From: Octopus sinensis
Taxonomy: Eukaryota
Direction: 5' to 3'
Assembly: GCF_006345805.1 (NCBI RefSeq)
Contig: NC_043010.1
Coordinates: 50,530,001-50,594,000, forward strand
Length of the DNA: 64,000 nucleotides
Below, piece after piece: positions 1-11,325 of this stretch (positions within the stretch are counted from its first letter, which is position 1; the number at the start of each line of letters is the position of its first letter). The notes below the pieces were generated by a model. The model had not been told where the DNA came from, did not search any database, and was given only the letters and a program-made list of their open reading frames with translations. The position numbers were made by a program, and so were the translations under genes.

Positions 1-144
1 CTTACTTAACATGTACAAATGAATATAAATATAAATAACAAATAAAAATAATAACTGAATATTAAAAAATTAAGGAGTAAAAATTTAAGGAATATTCCCT
101 AATAATTATGTGTGTGTGTGTGTGTGTGCGCGTGTGTATGTATG

Positions 145-176
<32 letters not shown>

Positions 177-184
<8 letters not shown>

Positions 185-959
185 TGCATACGCGCCGCGT
201 ATACAGACACTGCCTATTCTCCTCAGCCCTACTCTAACGCTCTGAAATCTTCTCCCTGCTCATATCTTTAAAGTTGGTGTTGGTCTGCTCATTCGTTCTC
301 AACCATTTTACCTATGGACCCTTCTGATTCCTATTTCCCTCAGGTGGATGTCTCATAGCCTATTATATTTTTATATTTAAATATCATTAAAAACTGTGTT
401 TAAAAATTTTCTTTTAATATTTTGTGTATTGCAAAAGTATAGAGGAAGTGCTCAAAAGTTCCTGGTTTGGGGTAAAAGAAAATACAGGAGGATCGGTTAA
501 TTATGATCTTATTCAACATATTCCCCTCTCAGATTGATACACTTATTGCAGCAATTCTTCAGTTTTTTCTAGGCCCTATAAAAGAACTTGTAAGGTTGGG
601 CATCCAACCAGGCTTTCGTGACACCCTTAAAGCTAGAAACTTTTCAGCACCCCCTTGTACAAGTAAACACACTGAGGCAGGTTCCTGTGGAGTTGATTTT
701 ATTGTTTGTTATTTCAAAGATACTCTTTTACTCTTTTACTTGTTTCAGTCATTTGACTATGGCCATGCTGGAGCACTGCCTTTAGTCGAGCAAATTGACC
801 CCAGGACTTATTCTTTGTTAGCCTAGTACTTATTTTATTGGTCTCTTTGGCCGAACCGCTAAGTTACGGGGACGTAAACACACCAGCATCGGTTGTCGTG
901 CGATGTTGGGGGCGGGGACAAACACATACATACAAACATACTCACACACACACACACAA

Positions 960-1013
<54 letters not shown>

Positions 1014-1778
1014 TGCATACGCGCCGCGTATACAGACACTGCCTATTCTCCTCAGCCCTACTCTAACGCTCTGAAATCTTCTCCCTGCTCATATCTTTAA
1101 AGTTGGTGTTGGTCTGCTCATTCGTTCTCAACCATTTTACCTATGGACCCTTCTGATTCCTATTTCCCTCAGGTGGATGCTCATAGGCCTATTATATTTT
1201 TTATTTAAATATCATAAAAACTGTGTTTAAAAATTTTCTTTTAATATTTTGTGTATTGCAAAAGTATAGAGGAAGTGCTCAAAAGTTCCTGGTTTGGGGT
1301 TAAGAAAAATAAGGAGGATCGGTTAATTATGATCTTATTCAACATATTCCCCTCTCAGATTGATACACTTATTGCAGCAATTCTTCAGTTTTTTCTAGGC
1401 CCTATAAAAGAACTTGTAAGGTTGGGCATCCAACCAGGCTTTCGTGACACCTTAAAGCTAGAAACTTTTCAGCACCCCATTGTACAAGTAAACACACTGA
1501 GGCAGGTTCCTGTGGAGTTGATTTTAGTGTTTGTTATTTCAAAGATACTCTTTTACTCTTTTACTTGTTTCAGTCATTGACTATGGCCATGCTGGAGCAC
1601 TGCCTTTAGTCGAGCAAATGGACCCCAGGACTTATTCTTTGTTAGCCTAGTACTTATTTTATTGGTCTCTTTGGCCGAACCGCTAAGTTACAGGGACGTA
1701 AACACACCAGCATCGGTTGTCGTGCGATTTTGGGGGCGGGGACAAACACATAATACAAACATACTCTCACACACACAC

Positions 1779-1790
<12 letters not shown>
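177..1790. repeat. About 830-bp tandem duplication (two near-identical copies) bounded by (TA)n tracts
   Basis: 177-960 is repeated at about 1007-1782; the differences are mostly 1-bp indels. Confidence 0.9.
438..659 (-). mobile_element. Internally deleted mariner (MITE); second copy 1265-1484
   Basis: TA-flanked TIRs (GGGGTGCTGAAAAGTT-like); minus strand encodes GLEKLKNCCNKCINLRGEYVE*, a mariner C-terminus. Related fragment at 47520-47672. Confidence 0.7.
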
Positions 1791-1842
<52 letters not shown>

Positions 1843-2012
1843 ATATATACGACAGGCTTCTTTCAGTTTCCGTCTACCAAATCCACTCACAAGGCTTTGG
1901 TCGGCCCGTGGCTATAGTAGAAGACACTTGCCCAAGATATCACGCAGTGGTACTGAACCCGGAACCATGTGGTTGATAAGCAAGCTATTTACCACACAGT
2001 CATTCCTATGCC
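1548..2012 (-). mobile_element. SINE family A (tRNA-like head, central TA/TG microsatellite, GTAAAAGAG tail)
   Basis: The same consensus recurs at about 8236-8647(-), 10290-10700(+), 17110-17500(+), 19010-19720(+), 30950-31525(-), 42520-43145(-), 53625-53900(-) and as many partial copies. Confidence 0.85.
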
Positions 2013-2374
2013 TATATCGATGTCGATAAAATATATAAATTATGGCAATCTTTCGGTAAAAGTCCATGATGTCACAAGTGAGTGTGTGCCATTGTGTTTC
2101 TTCTGCTCGTTACAGCTTAATAAACACACACACACACACACACACAACACACACACACATGACTGGTATTATATACTAATATCGTAACATTGCTTAAATT
2201 ACATATGCTTGTCTATCTAACACACAGCCAGATGAACACTAGTAGCGTGACAAAAGGCATTTAATTCTTTATTATATCTACAGCTCGACTGTAAAGTGAA
2301 GTTAGCATTAATTTGTTGAGTGTGGCACAAATTTGTTGAGTGCAGACAAAGACAATCCAAATAAGACTTTATAT

Positions 2375-2566
2375 CTATTTCTTTACTACCCACGACAAAC
2401 GGATTAAGTCGATTATATCGATCCAATGCGTAACTGGTACTTTATTTATCGACCCCGAAAGGATGAAAGGCAAATCGACCTCGACGGAAATTGAACTCAG
2501 AACGAAGCGGCAGACGAAATACTGCTAAGCATTTCGCCCGGCGTGCTAACGTTTCTGCCAGCTCGA
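2375..2566 (-). mobile_element. SINE family B (GGCGGCGAGCTGGCAGAA head; GCCTTTCATCCTTTCGGGGTCGATAAA core)
   Basis: Recurrent about 230-bp unit, also at 7482-7864, 21916-22147, 24950-25372, 39655-39860, 49185-49380(+) and 63230-63456. Confidence 0.85.
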
Positions 2567-2767
2567 TCTTGGCCTTAGAAATGTATGGCTTTCTACCTCT
2601 GATAGTAATCATTATTATTAATTACTGTTTTCAAGGTCAGTGGACTGGCAGAATCGGGGGAGTGGTGGACAAAATACATTATGTAGCCTTGGGTGACAGA
2701 ATAAATAATGACAAAGGCCAGTGCTAAAGTAAGTAATGTTAGAAATAAGTGGGGTGGTGTGGATTAA

Positions 2768-2979
2768 CCCTTTCGTTACAAACCCGGCTGAAACTGGCTC
2801 TGGCTCTGAGTACAAATGTCTTGTTTTCATAAGTCTTGAATTAAAAGCTTCCACCAAACCTTAGCCACAATTTATGTTCCTAACACAAGCTGAACGATAA
2901 CTAAGTTATTTTACTAAATTCTTTGTTATATTTAAAGTAATTGAAAGAGCATCTCAAAATAAATACAGTAACGAAAGGG
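2768..2979. mobile_element. piggyBac-type MITE
   Basis: TTAA-CCCTTTCGTTAC ... GTAACGAAAGGG-TTAA. Confidence 0.85.
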
Positions 2980-3376
2980 TTAAGGTTAGGTTGCTAAATG
3001 TTAGAATCAGTGGGGCAACATAGACAAGTGTTAGGGTGGTGTATGATGATAGAGTCAGTGGAGTCGTTGACCAAATGCCTTGCAGTATTTAGATACATTT
3101 ATTCCTATCCCAAGTTCAAATCATAAGACTACACACCTTTTCTTATCCTTTTCCTTTTCTTTATTGGGAAGATGAACAATATAAATTAGCCAAGTACCCT
3201 TTCCCTCCAATACAAAATTTGTGGCAAGAAGGGAGCCTCCATCTGATCAATCAACCTACAAAGAAATATCAACCAAAGAGCCCTCAAATGTTACGTTGAA
3301 CTGGACTGGATCGTCCAGTGGTGGAATCATGGACCAAATGCCTTGCAGTATTCAGTTACATTTATTCCTATCTTGA

Positions 3377-3712
3377 AGGCGCATGGCTCGGTGGTTAGAG
3401 CGTCGGGTTCATAATCATGAAGTAGCGAGTTCGATTCCCGGACTAGGTTATGTGATGTGTTCTTGAGCAAGACATTTTATTTCACATTGCTCCAGTTCAC
3501 TCAGCTGTAGAAATGAGTTACAATGTCACAGGTGCCAAGCTGTATCAGCCTTTGCTTTTCCCTGGGACAATATCGGTAACATGGACAATGGAGGCTGGTA
3601 TGCATGGGCAACTGCTGGTCTTCCATAAACAACTTTGCCTGGACTTGTGCCACAGAAGGTAACTTTCTATGTGCAATTCCATGACAATTCATGACCAAAG
3701 AGGGCCTTTACC
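3377..3712 (+). mobile_element. SINE family D (tRNA-derived, about 335 bp)
   Basis: A/B-box head TGGCTCGGTGG...GTTCGATTCC; further copies at 4846-5175(-) and 60735-61066(-). Confidence 0.8.
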
Positions 3713-4104
3713 CTTTTTATTCATAACCAAAGTTTAAATCATTAAAAGACCAACTTTGCTTCTCATTTTTTTTTCCTTTATTGGGAAAATGAATTATAAA
3801 AACTAACCCAGTACCCTTTCCCTCCAATAAAAAATGTGTGGCAAGAATGGGACCTTTATGCGATCATTCGACCTACAAAGAAATATCGGCTAAAGAGCCC
3901 TCAAATGTTATCTTGAATTGGTTTGGATTGCCCACATTCAGTTAACGGAAGGATGAAAGTCCCATCGTGTTCTCTCCACCAACAACGGTTTGATGTAGAG
4001 GCCATGAATTTGAGCTTGAAATCATACTAGTTTGATGAGACTACTCTGCTACACAAGTTCGACATGGCTTGGCAGAGGGATGTAGTTTTTATGCTCATAC
4101 CTAG

Positions 4105-4845
4105 AAGTAGTTAAGTCGATTACATCGACCCTAGTACTAAATTGGTACTTGTTTTATCGACGCCGAAAGGATGAAAGGTAAAGTCGACTTCGGTGGAATT
4201 TAAACTCAGAACGTAAAGACGGACGAAATACCTATTTCTTTACTACCCACAAGAGGCCAAACACAGAGAGGACAAACAAGAACAGATAAACGGATTAAGT
4301 CGATTATATCGACCCTAATCAGTAATTTGTATTTATTTAATCGACCCCGAAAGGATGAAAGGCAAAGTCGACCTCGGCGGAATTTCAACTCAGAACGTAG
4401 CGGCAGACGAAATACCTATTTCTATTTCTTTACTACCCACAAGGAGCTAAACACAGAGAGGACGAACAAGGACAGACAAATGGATTAAGTCGATTATATC
4501 GAACCCAGTGCGTAACTGGTACTTATTTAATCGACCTCGAAAGGATGAAAGGCAAAGCCGACCTCGGCGGAATTTGAAATCAGAACGTAACGGCAGACGA
4601 AATACCGCTAAGCATTTCGCCCGGCGTGCTAACGTTTCTGCTAGCTCGCCGCCTTAAATACCTATTTCTTTACTACCCACAAGGCGCTAAACACTGAAAG
4701 GACAAACAAGGACAGACAAACGGATTAAGTCGATTACATCGACCCCAGTGCGTAGCTGGTAGTTAATTTATCGACCCCGAAAGGATGAAAGGCAAAGTCG
4801 ACCTCGGCGGAATTTGAACTCACAACGTAACGGCAGACGGAATAA
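4105..4845 (-). repeat. Head-to-tail array of four SINE-B units
   Basis: Core repeated four times at about 180-250 bp spacing with a recurrent junction GAAATACC/TATTTC. Confidence 0.85.
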
Positions 4846-5966
4846 GGGTAAAGACCCCCTTCGGTCATGAATGACCATGGGATTGCACCTAGAAAGTTAC
4901 CCTCCTAGACACAAGTCCGGGCAAGGTTGTTTATGGAAGGCCAGCAGTCGCCCATGCATACCAGCCTCCCCTCTCCACGCCACCAGTGTTATCCAAGGGA
5001 AAGACAAAGGTCGACACAGCTTGGCACCAGTGACGTCGCAACTCATTTCTACAGCTGAGTGAACTGGAGCAACGTGAAATAAAGTGCCTTGCTCGAGAAC
5101 ACAACACGCAGCCCGGTCCGGGATTCGAGCTCACAACCTCACGATCGTAAGCTCGACGCTCTAACCACTGAGCCAGGAATATGGCTACGCATTTCGCCCG
5201 GCGTGTTAACGTTTCTGCCAGCCCACCGCTTTTAAAAGCTGTCATTTTGTCTAGCTCACTCACGATTCTGTTAATTTGCTACCTAAACGAGGGTTAAGTA
5301 ATTTTTAATATGAAGAAAATGATTATAACTTACATTTTTGTGTGTGGATCGATGAGAAGCACAAAATTAATACAACGCAAATAAAGCTCTTCATTTTCTT
5401 TTTCTATAGCTTCTTGTAACTTATGAAATTCTTCTTCTTCTTCTTCTTCTCCTTCCTTTTCTTCCTTTTCTCTCACCAAGCAGTAAGGGACAATGAAATA
5501 ACAAAATGGCTCGAACTGAAGCTATATCTGAGGCTTTTATATATACTTCCGCGACGAATAAATAAATAAATAAATACAAAAAATATACACAGTAAATACA
5601 AAAATTAAATATTCGAAATACACTCAAAAACAATGAAATAAAAACGTGCCTGTTTAAATGTTAATACGTCTGCGTGTAGGTGAATGTGTGTGTGTGTGTG
5701 TGTGCATATATGTATGTAATTATGCATGTGCATATTTATGTACACACACACATACACATATTCACACACACACACACACACACACGCAGTCACTTTAACA
5801 TTTGAACAGACATGCTTTATGTTGTTTTGTGTGTATTTTGTTTAAGTCTCGTGTTACTATGTATATTTTTATTTATTTATTCATCACCAAAGCATACATA
5901 CATACATACATACATACACATACAGACACACCTATCAGTGTGAGAGTAGGAGTATGTATGTGTGCT

Positions 5967-5968
<2 letters not shown>

Positions 5969-6048
<80 letters not shown>

Positions 6049-6049
6049 A

Positions 6050-6132
<83 letters not shown>
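5969..6132. repeat. Long compound (TA)n microsatellite
   Basis: Seen directly; similar tracts occur throughout the window. Confidence 0.95.
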
Positions 6133-6139
<7 letters not shown>

Positions 6140-6667
6140 ATATGCATGCATCTATACGTCTAGCAATCTAGCAAATAAATGCATTCCACTTCAAGTGTCT
6201 ATTATATTATCTGACCATTTGAACCTAAAGATTTTATGGTTTGTTTTATATTCAAAGCAGCGTTGACCTAGAGATAGCAACACATGACAAGGCACGGCGT
6301 GGATTTCGTTTTGTAACGGGGAAACTTTTCATTGCAAACCTCTTTGCCTTTTAGAATAGACTCCATTTGATACAAAGTCACAATGATAACTTAAAGATTC
6401 TGATAAGAAGGGGGGAAAAAAAGGCGTTCTTTGAACCAAAAGAAAGTTCAAAATAGCAACTACATTATTAAAGGGTTATTTAAGCCGTGTAAAAGTACAT
6501 GAAGACTTTAAATAATCATTATCAAGCTGCGTGGTTCCAGGTTCAGTCCCACTGCGTGGCACCTTGGCCAGGTGTCTTCTGCTATAGCCTCGGGCCAACC
6601 AAAACCTTGTGAATGGATTTGGCAGGAGAAAACTGAAAAAATGCCAGTTGTGTGTGTGTGTGCGCGC

Positions 6668-6716
<49 letters not shown>

Positions 6717-6914
6717 TATCGGTGTGTGCCCCTCACCACCGTTTCCCAAACGGTATTGGTGTGTTTATGTCTCCGTAAGCAATGACTCCAATATTCACAA
6801 ATGTTCCTGCTCGTGTACTCAATGTGCACCAGTATATGAGATTTTCCCGTATATATATTAGGTTCTTCTGTACATCAGGTTCTTCAAATAGAATGGAATT
6901 TAATATGTATGTAT

Positions 6915-7235
6915 GTGAGGAGCACTCCGTCGGTTGCGACGACGAGGGTCCCAGCTGATACGATCAACGGAACAGCTTGCTTGTGAGATTAACGAACAAG
7001 TGGTTGAGCACTCCACAAACACTTGTACCCTTAACGTAGTTCTCGGGGAGATTCAGCGTGACACAGAGTGTGACAAGGCTGACCCTTTGAAATACAGGTA
7101 CTACTCATTTTCGCCAGCTGAGTGGACTGGAGCAACGTGAAATAAAGTGTCTTGCTCAAGGACGCAACGTGCCGCCGGATATTGAACTCACGTCCTTACG
7201 ATCATGAGCCGAATGCCCCTAGCCACTAAGCCACA
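6915..7235 (-). mobile_element. tRNA-headed SINE, additional family
   Basis: Minus-strand head GTGGCTTAGTGGCTAGGG...GAGTTCAAT; TTGAGCAAGACACTTTATTTCACGTTGCTCCAG core shared with family D; distinct tail. Confidence 0.7.
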
Positions 7236-8860
7236 TATGTATGTATGTCAAGTCACTTTCGAGTGCTACTGGTAACATGTAACCCTGTACAACCTGTTGC
7301 ATGGTCGGATCGTCGGCGACTAAACCGGCAACCCCACCAAGCTTGCTTGGTGTGGAGAGTGTTTATTGGACACCCTGCGGGATGAAAAACAAAACCCGTC
7401 AAAGGGCGGCGGAACTCTTGAGAGTCAACGGCCATCCAAATTGTAATTTGATTCATAACATCTCTCGATATATTCTTTTCTACTCTAGGCACAAGGCCTG
7501 AAATTTTGGGGGAGGGGGCCAGTCGATTAGAGCGACCCCAATACGGAACTGGTACTTAATTTATCGATCTCGAAAGGATGAAAAGCAAAGTCGACCTCGG
7601 CGGAATTTGAACTCAAAACGTAAAGATAGACGAAATACCTATTTCTTTACTACCCACAAGGGGCTAAACAGAGAGGGGACAAACAAGGATAGACAAAGGG
7701 ATTAAGTCGATTATATCGACCCCAGTGCGTAACTGGTACTTAATTTATCGACCCCGAAAGGATGTAAGGCAAAGTCGACCTCGGTGGAATTTGAACTCAG
7801 AACGTAGCGGCGGACGAAATACGGCTACGCATTTCACCCGGCATGCTAACGTTTCTGCCAGCTCTCGATATATCATACACACAATGAATAAGAGAAGTCA
7901 GAATCAGTTAATAAGAATTCTAAGGGAAAAGGTTGGAAATATGGAATTCACTAAGAGAATATTCCATTACACATTAGAAGACTATATATTAGGAATAATT
8001 ATATTCCAAATTTGGATAAGATGAAATAAAGCGAGTTTAAAAAAATAAAAAATATATAATAAAATCCCAGATGAAAGAGACTAAATTAAATCAGAGACGA
8101 AGGACTCTACTTAATATTTACCACTAAAAGATGATCTTGTAACAAGATTCTAGTATATTTGATGGTGGGAAATGCTTGTGTAGGGTCATGAAAATTTACC
8201 TGGTATATTTGCGACTACACGGGACATGTATCTCTCTCTTTTCTCTTTTACTTGTTTCAGTCATTTGACTGCGGCCATGCTGGAGCACCGCCTTTAATCG
8301 AGCAACTCAACCCCGGGACTTATTCTTTGTAAGCCCAGTACTTATTCTATCGGTCTCTTTTCGCCAAACCGCTAGGTGACGGGGACATAAACACACCAGC
8401 ATCGGTTGTCAAGCAATGCTAGGGGGACAAACACAGACACACAAACATACACACGCATACATATATATATATATACATATATCCGACAGGCTTCTTTCAG
8501 TTTCCGTCTACCAAATCCACTCACAAGGCATTGGTCGGCCCGAGGCTATAGCAGAAGACACTTGCCCAAGGTGCCACGCAGTGGGACTGAACCTGGAACC
8601 ATGTGGTTGGTAAGCAAGCTATTTACCACACAGCCACTCCTGCGCCTATGGAGCATTATACCATATAATCTGTCTTTAGAGAGGTCTCCGCTTTCTAGGA
8701 CTAATAGCATAGTTAATATTGCCGCATATATCCCCTTTTATAAAAATATTATTAATGCTCTGAGGAGAAACAAGTTCAGCCTTCAGGACTGAATCACGTT
8801 ATTTTTTATTCTATTTCTACGTTCTTTGCTCTCTCTGTTATTGCTACTACTATTCCTGAT

Positions 8861-9280
8861 GGATCTTTTCGGTTTGAGCAGCAGTTTTTCTAGCGGTGTT
8901 ATATGAAATTGTCACCCATAGTTATGACCCTAGTATCGATCTATTGCATTTCAATCTGTTTTAGAGTTAGGGGTTGGGGGAAGGGTATCTTTTTTTCTTC
9001 AGAAATGTAAATAAACCCAATCTGTTTCTTAAACGAGGGACATATTCATACGGCACCGAATGTTTTCACCTCAATAGACGTCATTGATTGGTTGAAATTG
9101 CAGAATTTGAAGAAAAATAAAACAACAAATATCTTACAAACTATAGAATTTTCTCAATAAAGCCAAGAGAAAAAGATGTTTTATAAACACATTCTACCAG
9201 TATACGAAGTTTAAGAGTTTAAAAGTGTTTAGTTACGTGGAAATTATTTTAAAAAACTGCCGTTCAAATCGAAAAGATCC
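8861..9280. mobile_element. MITE with GG...CC termini and 8-bp TSD (Merlin-like)
   Basis: TIR GGATCTTTTCGGTTTGA.CGGCAGTTTT; perfect TSD ttcctgat on both sides; second copy at 25656-26056. Confidence 0.85.
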
Positions 9281-9968
9281 TTCCTGATACCCTTATCATC
9301 GTAATTATCGTTGTTAATGATTTTATTATCTATATCATTATTTCTATTTATTTTTATCTGCATACTGCCTGTTGATTATAATGGTCCTGTTAATGCTAAT
9401 TCTTTTTTGGTTCGCATAGCTGCGCACACTCCTTACTATTATACCTATTATTCAGAGTTTTTCCATTGTTATTTACTATTCTTCCTGCACTGCCTTTCTT
9501 ATTAACAATAACATCTTGTTAGGAACAATCCTGTGAGGAACATTAAATTCCATAAATTCTCTATGAGACGGAATGAACATTTAAGGAAGTTACACTTCTG
9601 AATTAAGGAACTAAGAATGAAATCCTATCCACGCTGATAAGACTTAATAATTTGGAGTTCAATTTTTTTAAATATCTTGTTAGGAAGGGTCTTTTGAAGT
9701 ATTATAAAATTATCTCTAAGGCTATTTTTTAAAAATATTAATAGGGTGAGAGAAAAGATATAGTGGATAGACTGACAATAAGCAGAAGACAGGACTGAGC
9801 CGTATAAACTCAGAGTACCACAAATATATTTGAAGGCTCACAAGCTTAACTTCACAACTAATTCTATAGTTTGATTAATATTCATTCACAATCAGACATA
9901 GGTAAAACAAATGAATTAGTTATTGATAGGTAATACCTCCACATAGAAGAAAAATTAAATTAAATTTG

Positions 9969-10253
9969 AAATACTAAATTTCTAAATCTCTCGTAGAGAC
10001 ATGTACGGTGGTGGAGCGATAGAATGGTTGTATACTGTCAATCTAACACGAACGTGACAGTAGGGGGTACACCACCGCTGTTTAGCCCTAGGAAGCATCG
10101 ACGCCTCCCGATGGCTTTGACACATTTTTCCTGTGCCCTTATATACGGACACAGGAAAAATGTGTCAAAGCCATCAGGAGGCTAGGGCTAAACAGCGGTG
10201 GTGTACCCCCTACTGTCACGTTCGTGTTAGATTGACAGTATACAACCATTCTA
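9969..10253. mobile_element. Fold-back insertion (about 110-120-bp arms) flanked by an 11-bp direct repeat
   Basis: 10020-10139 is inverted at 10146-10253; aattaaatttg at 9958-9968 and 10254-10264. Confidence 0.75.
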
Positions 10254-10452
10254 AATTAAATTTGTGGGCAAACTAAGTCTGAAAATATAGGCATAGGAAT
10301 GGCTGTGTGGTAAGCAGCTTGCTTACCAACCGCATGGCTCCGAGTTCAGTCCCACTGCGTGGCACCTTGGGCAAGTGTCTTCTACTATAGCCTCGGGCCG
10401 ACCAAAGCCTTGTGAGTAGATTTGGTAGACGGAAACTGAAAGAAGCCCGTCG

Positions 10453-10494
<42 letters not shown>

Positions 10495-10909
10495 TGTTTG
10501 TGTTTGTCCCCCCAACATCGCTTGACAACTGATGCTGGTGTGTTTACGTCCCCGTACCTTAGCGGTTCGGCAAAAGCGACCGATAGAATAAGTACCAGGC
10601 TTATAAAGAATAAGTCCTGGGGTCGATTTGCTCAACTAAAGGCGGTGCTCCAACATGGCCGCAGTCAAATGACTGAAACAAGTAAAAGAGTAAAAGAGAA
10701 AGAGAGTAAACACTTAAAGCAATTAAGAAAAAGAAACTTACTAAGTTAATCCAAATTTATATATCGGGTTGCCACTCCTCAATTGATATATCAGGTTACT
10801 ATTCTTCGATTAACCCTGTTTTACTAATAAGTCACTCATCTTCGCAATGAAGAACTCTTATTTATCTAAACTGTGTACATAGTTTAACATCTGGGAAGAC
10901 TATAACAGA

Positions 10910-11325
10910 ATTCGAGGATAAATACTGATCTAGAAAAGGCAGACCAAAAAATTTTGATACCACAATGGAGATCAGCAACTCTGCACAAAACTGATTTAGT
11001 AGGCATATATATATTTTATAATTCCTGAGTTAGAGGAGTATTATATAGAAATGGTGCTTTATTTGCAAGATTTATTTGGAATAAAAGAGAATATCCGACT
11101 AGAGAAAGGAAAGTATGGACCAAACAGGAGGCGGAACTTTTCCTATCGAAGTCGGATGTAGAGGGTTTGTTGGACACAACGTGAGACGGCTGTTGTTATC
11201 GCTAGGCCTAACTCATCGTAAAGTCAATACCACCATGACCGGTATCCAATCTACAGTGGAGAAGGCTAGCCACTGGATTTGGTTAAAAAGAGACGATGAG
11301 CGATGGCTAGAAGTATATTGAGTTC
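10910..11325 (+). mobile_element. 3' ORF remnant of a HERO-like non-LTR retrotransposon (REL endonuclease)
   Basis: PIEVGCRGFV...LG...EKASHWIWLKR is the C-terminal motif typical of HERO-type elements; upstream part degraded. Confidence 0.65.

Noticed and set aside
3377-3450. tRNA genes (also 14591, 52800, 53060)
   Set aside because: The A/B boxes continue into repeated SINE bodies; no full cloverleaf acceptor stem was seen.
5330-5527. Signal-peptide-like MKSFICVVLILCFSSIHTQK with a gtaag donor, and a 51-nt exon candidate at 5477-5527
   Set aside because: Equally plausible sites occur on both strands; no convincing downstream exon.
5802-6266. ORFs rich in [10 protein letters not shown] or CVCV here and throughout the track
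   Set aside because: Translations of (TA)n and (CA)n microsatellites and SINE bodies.
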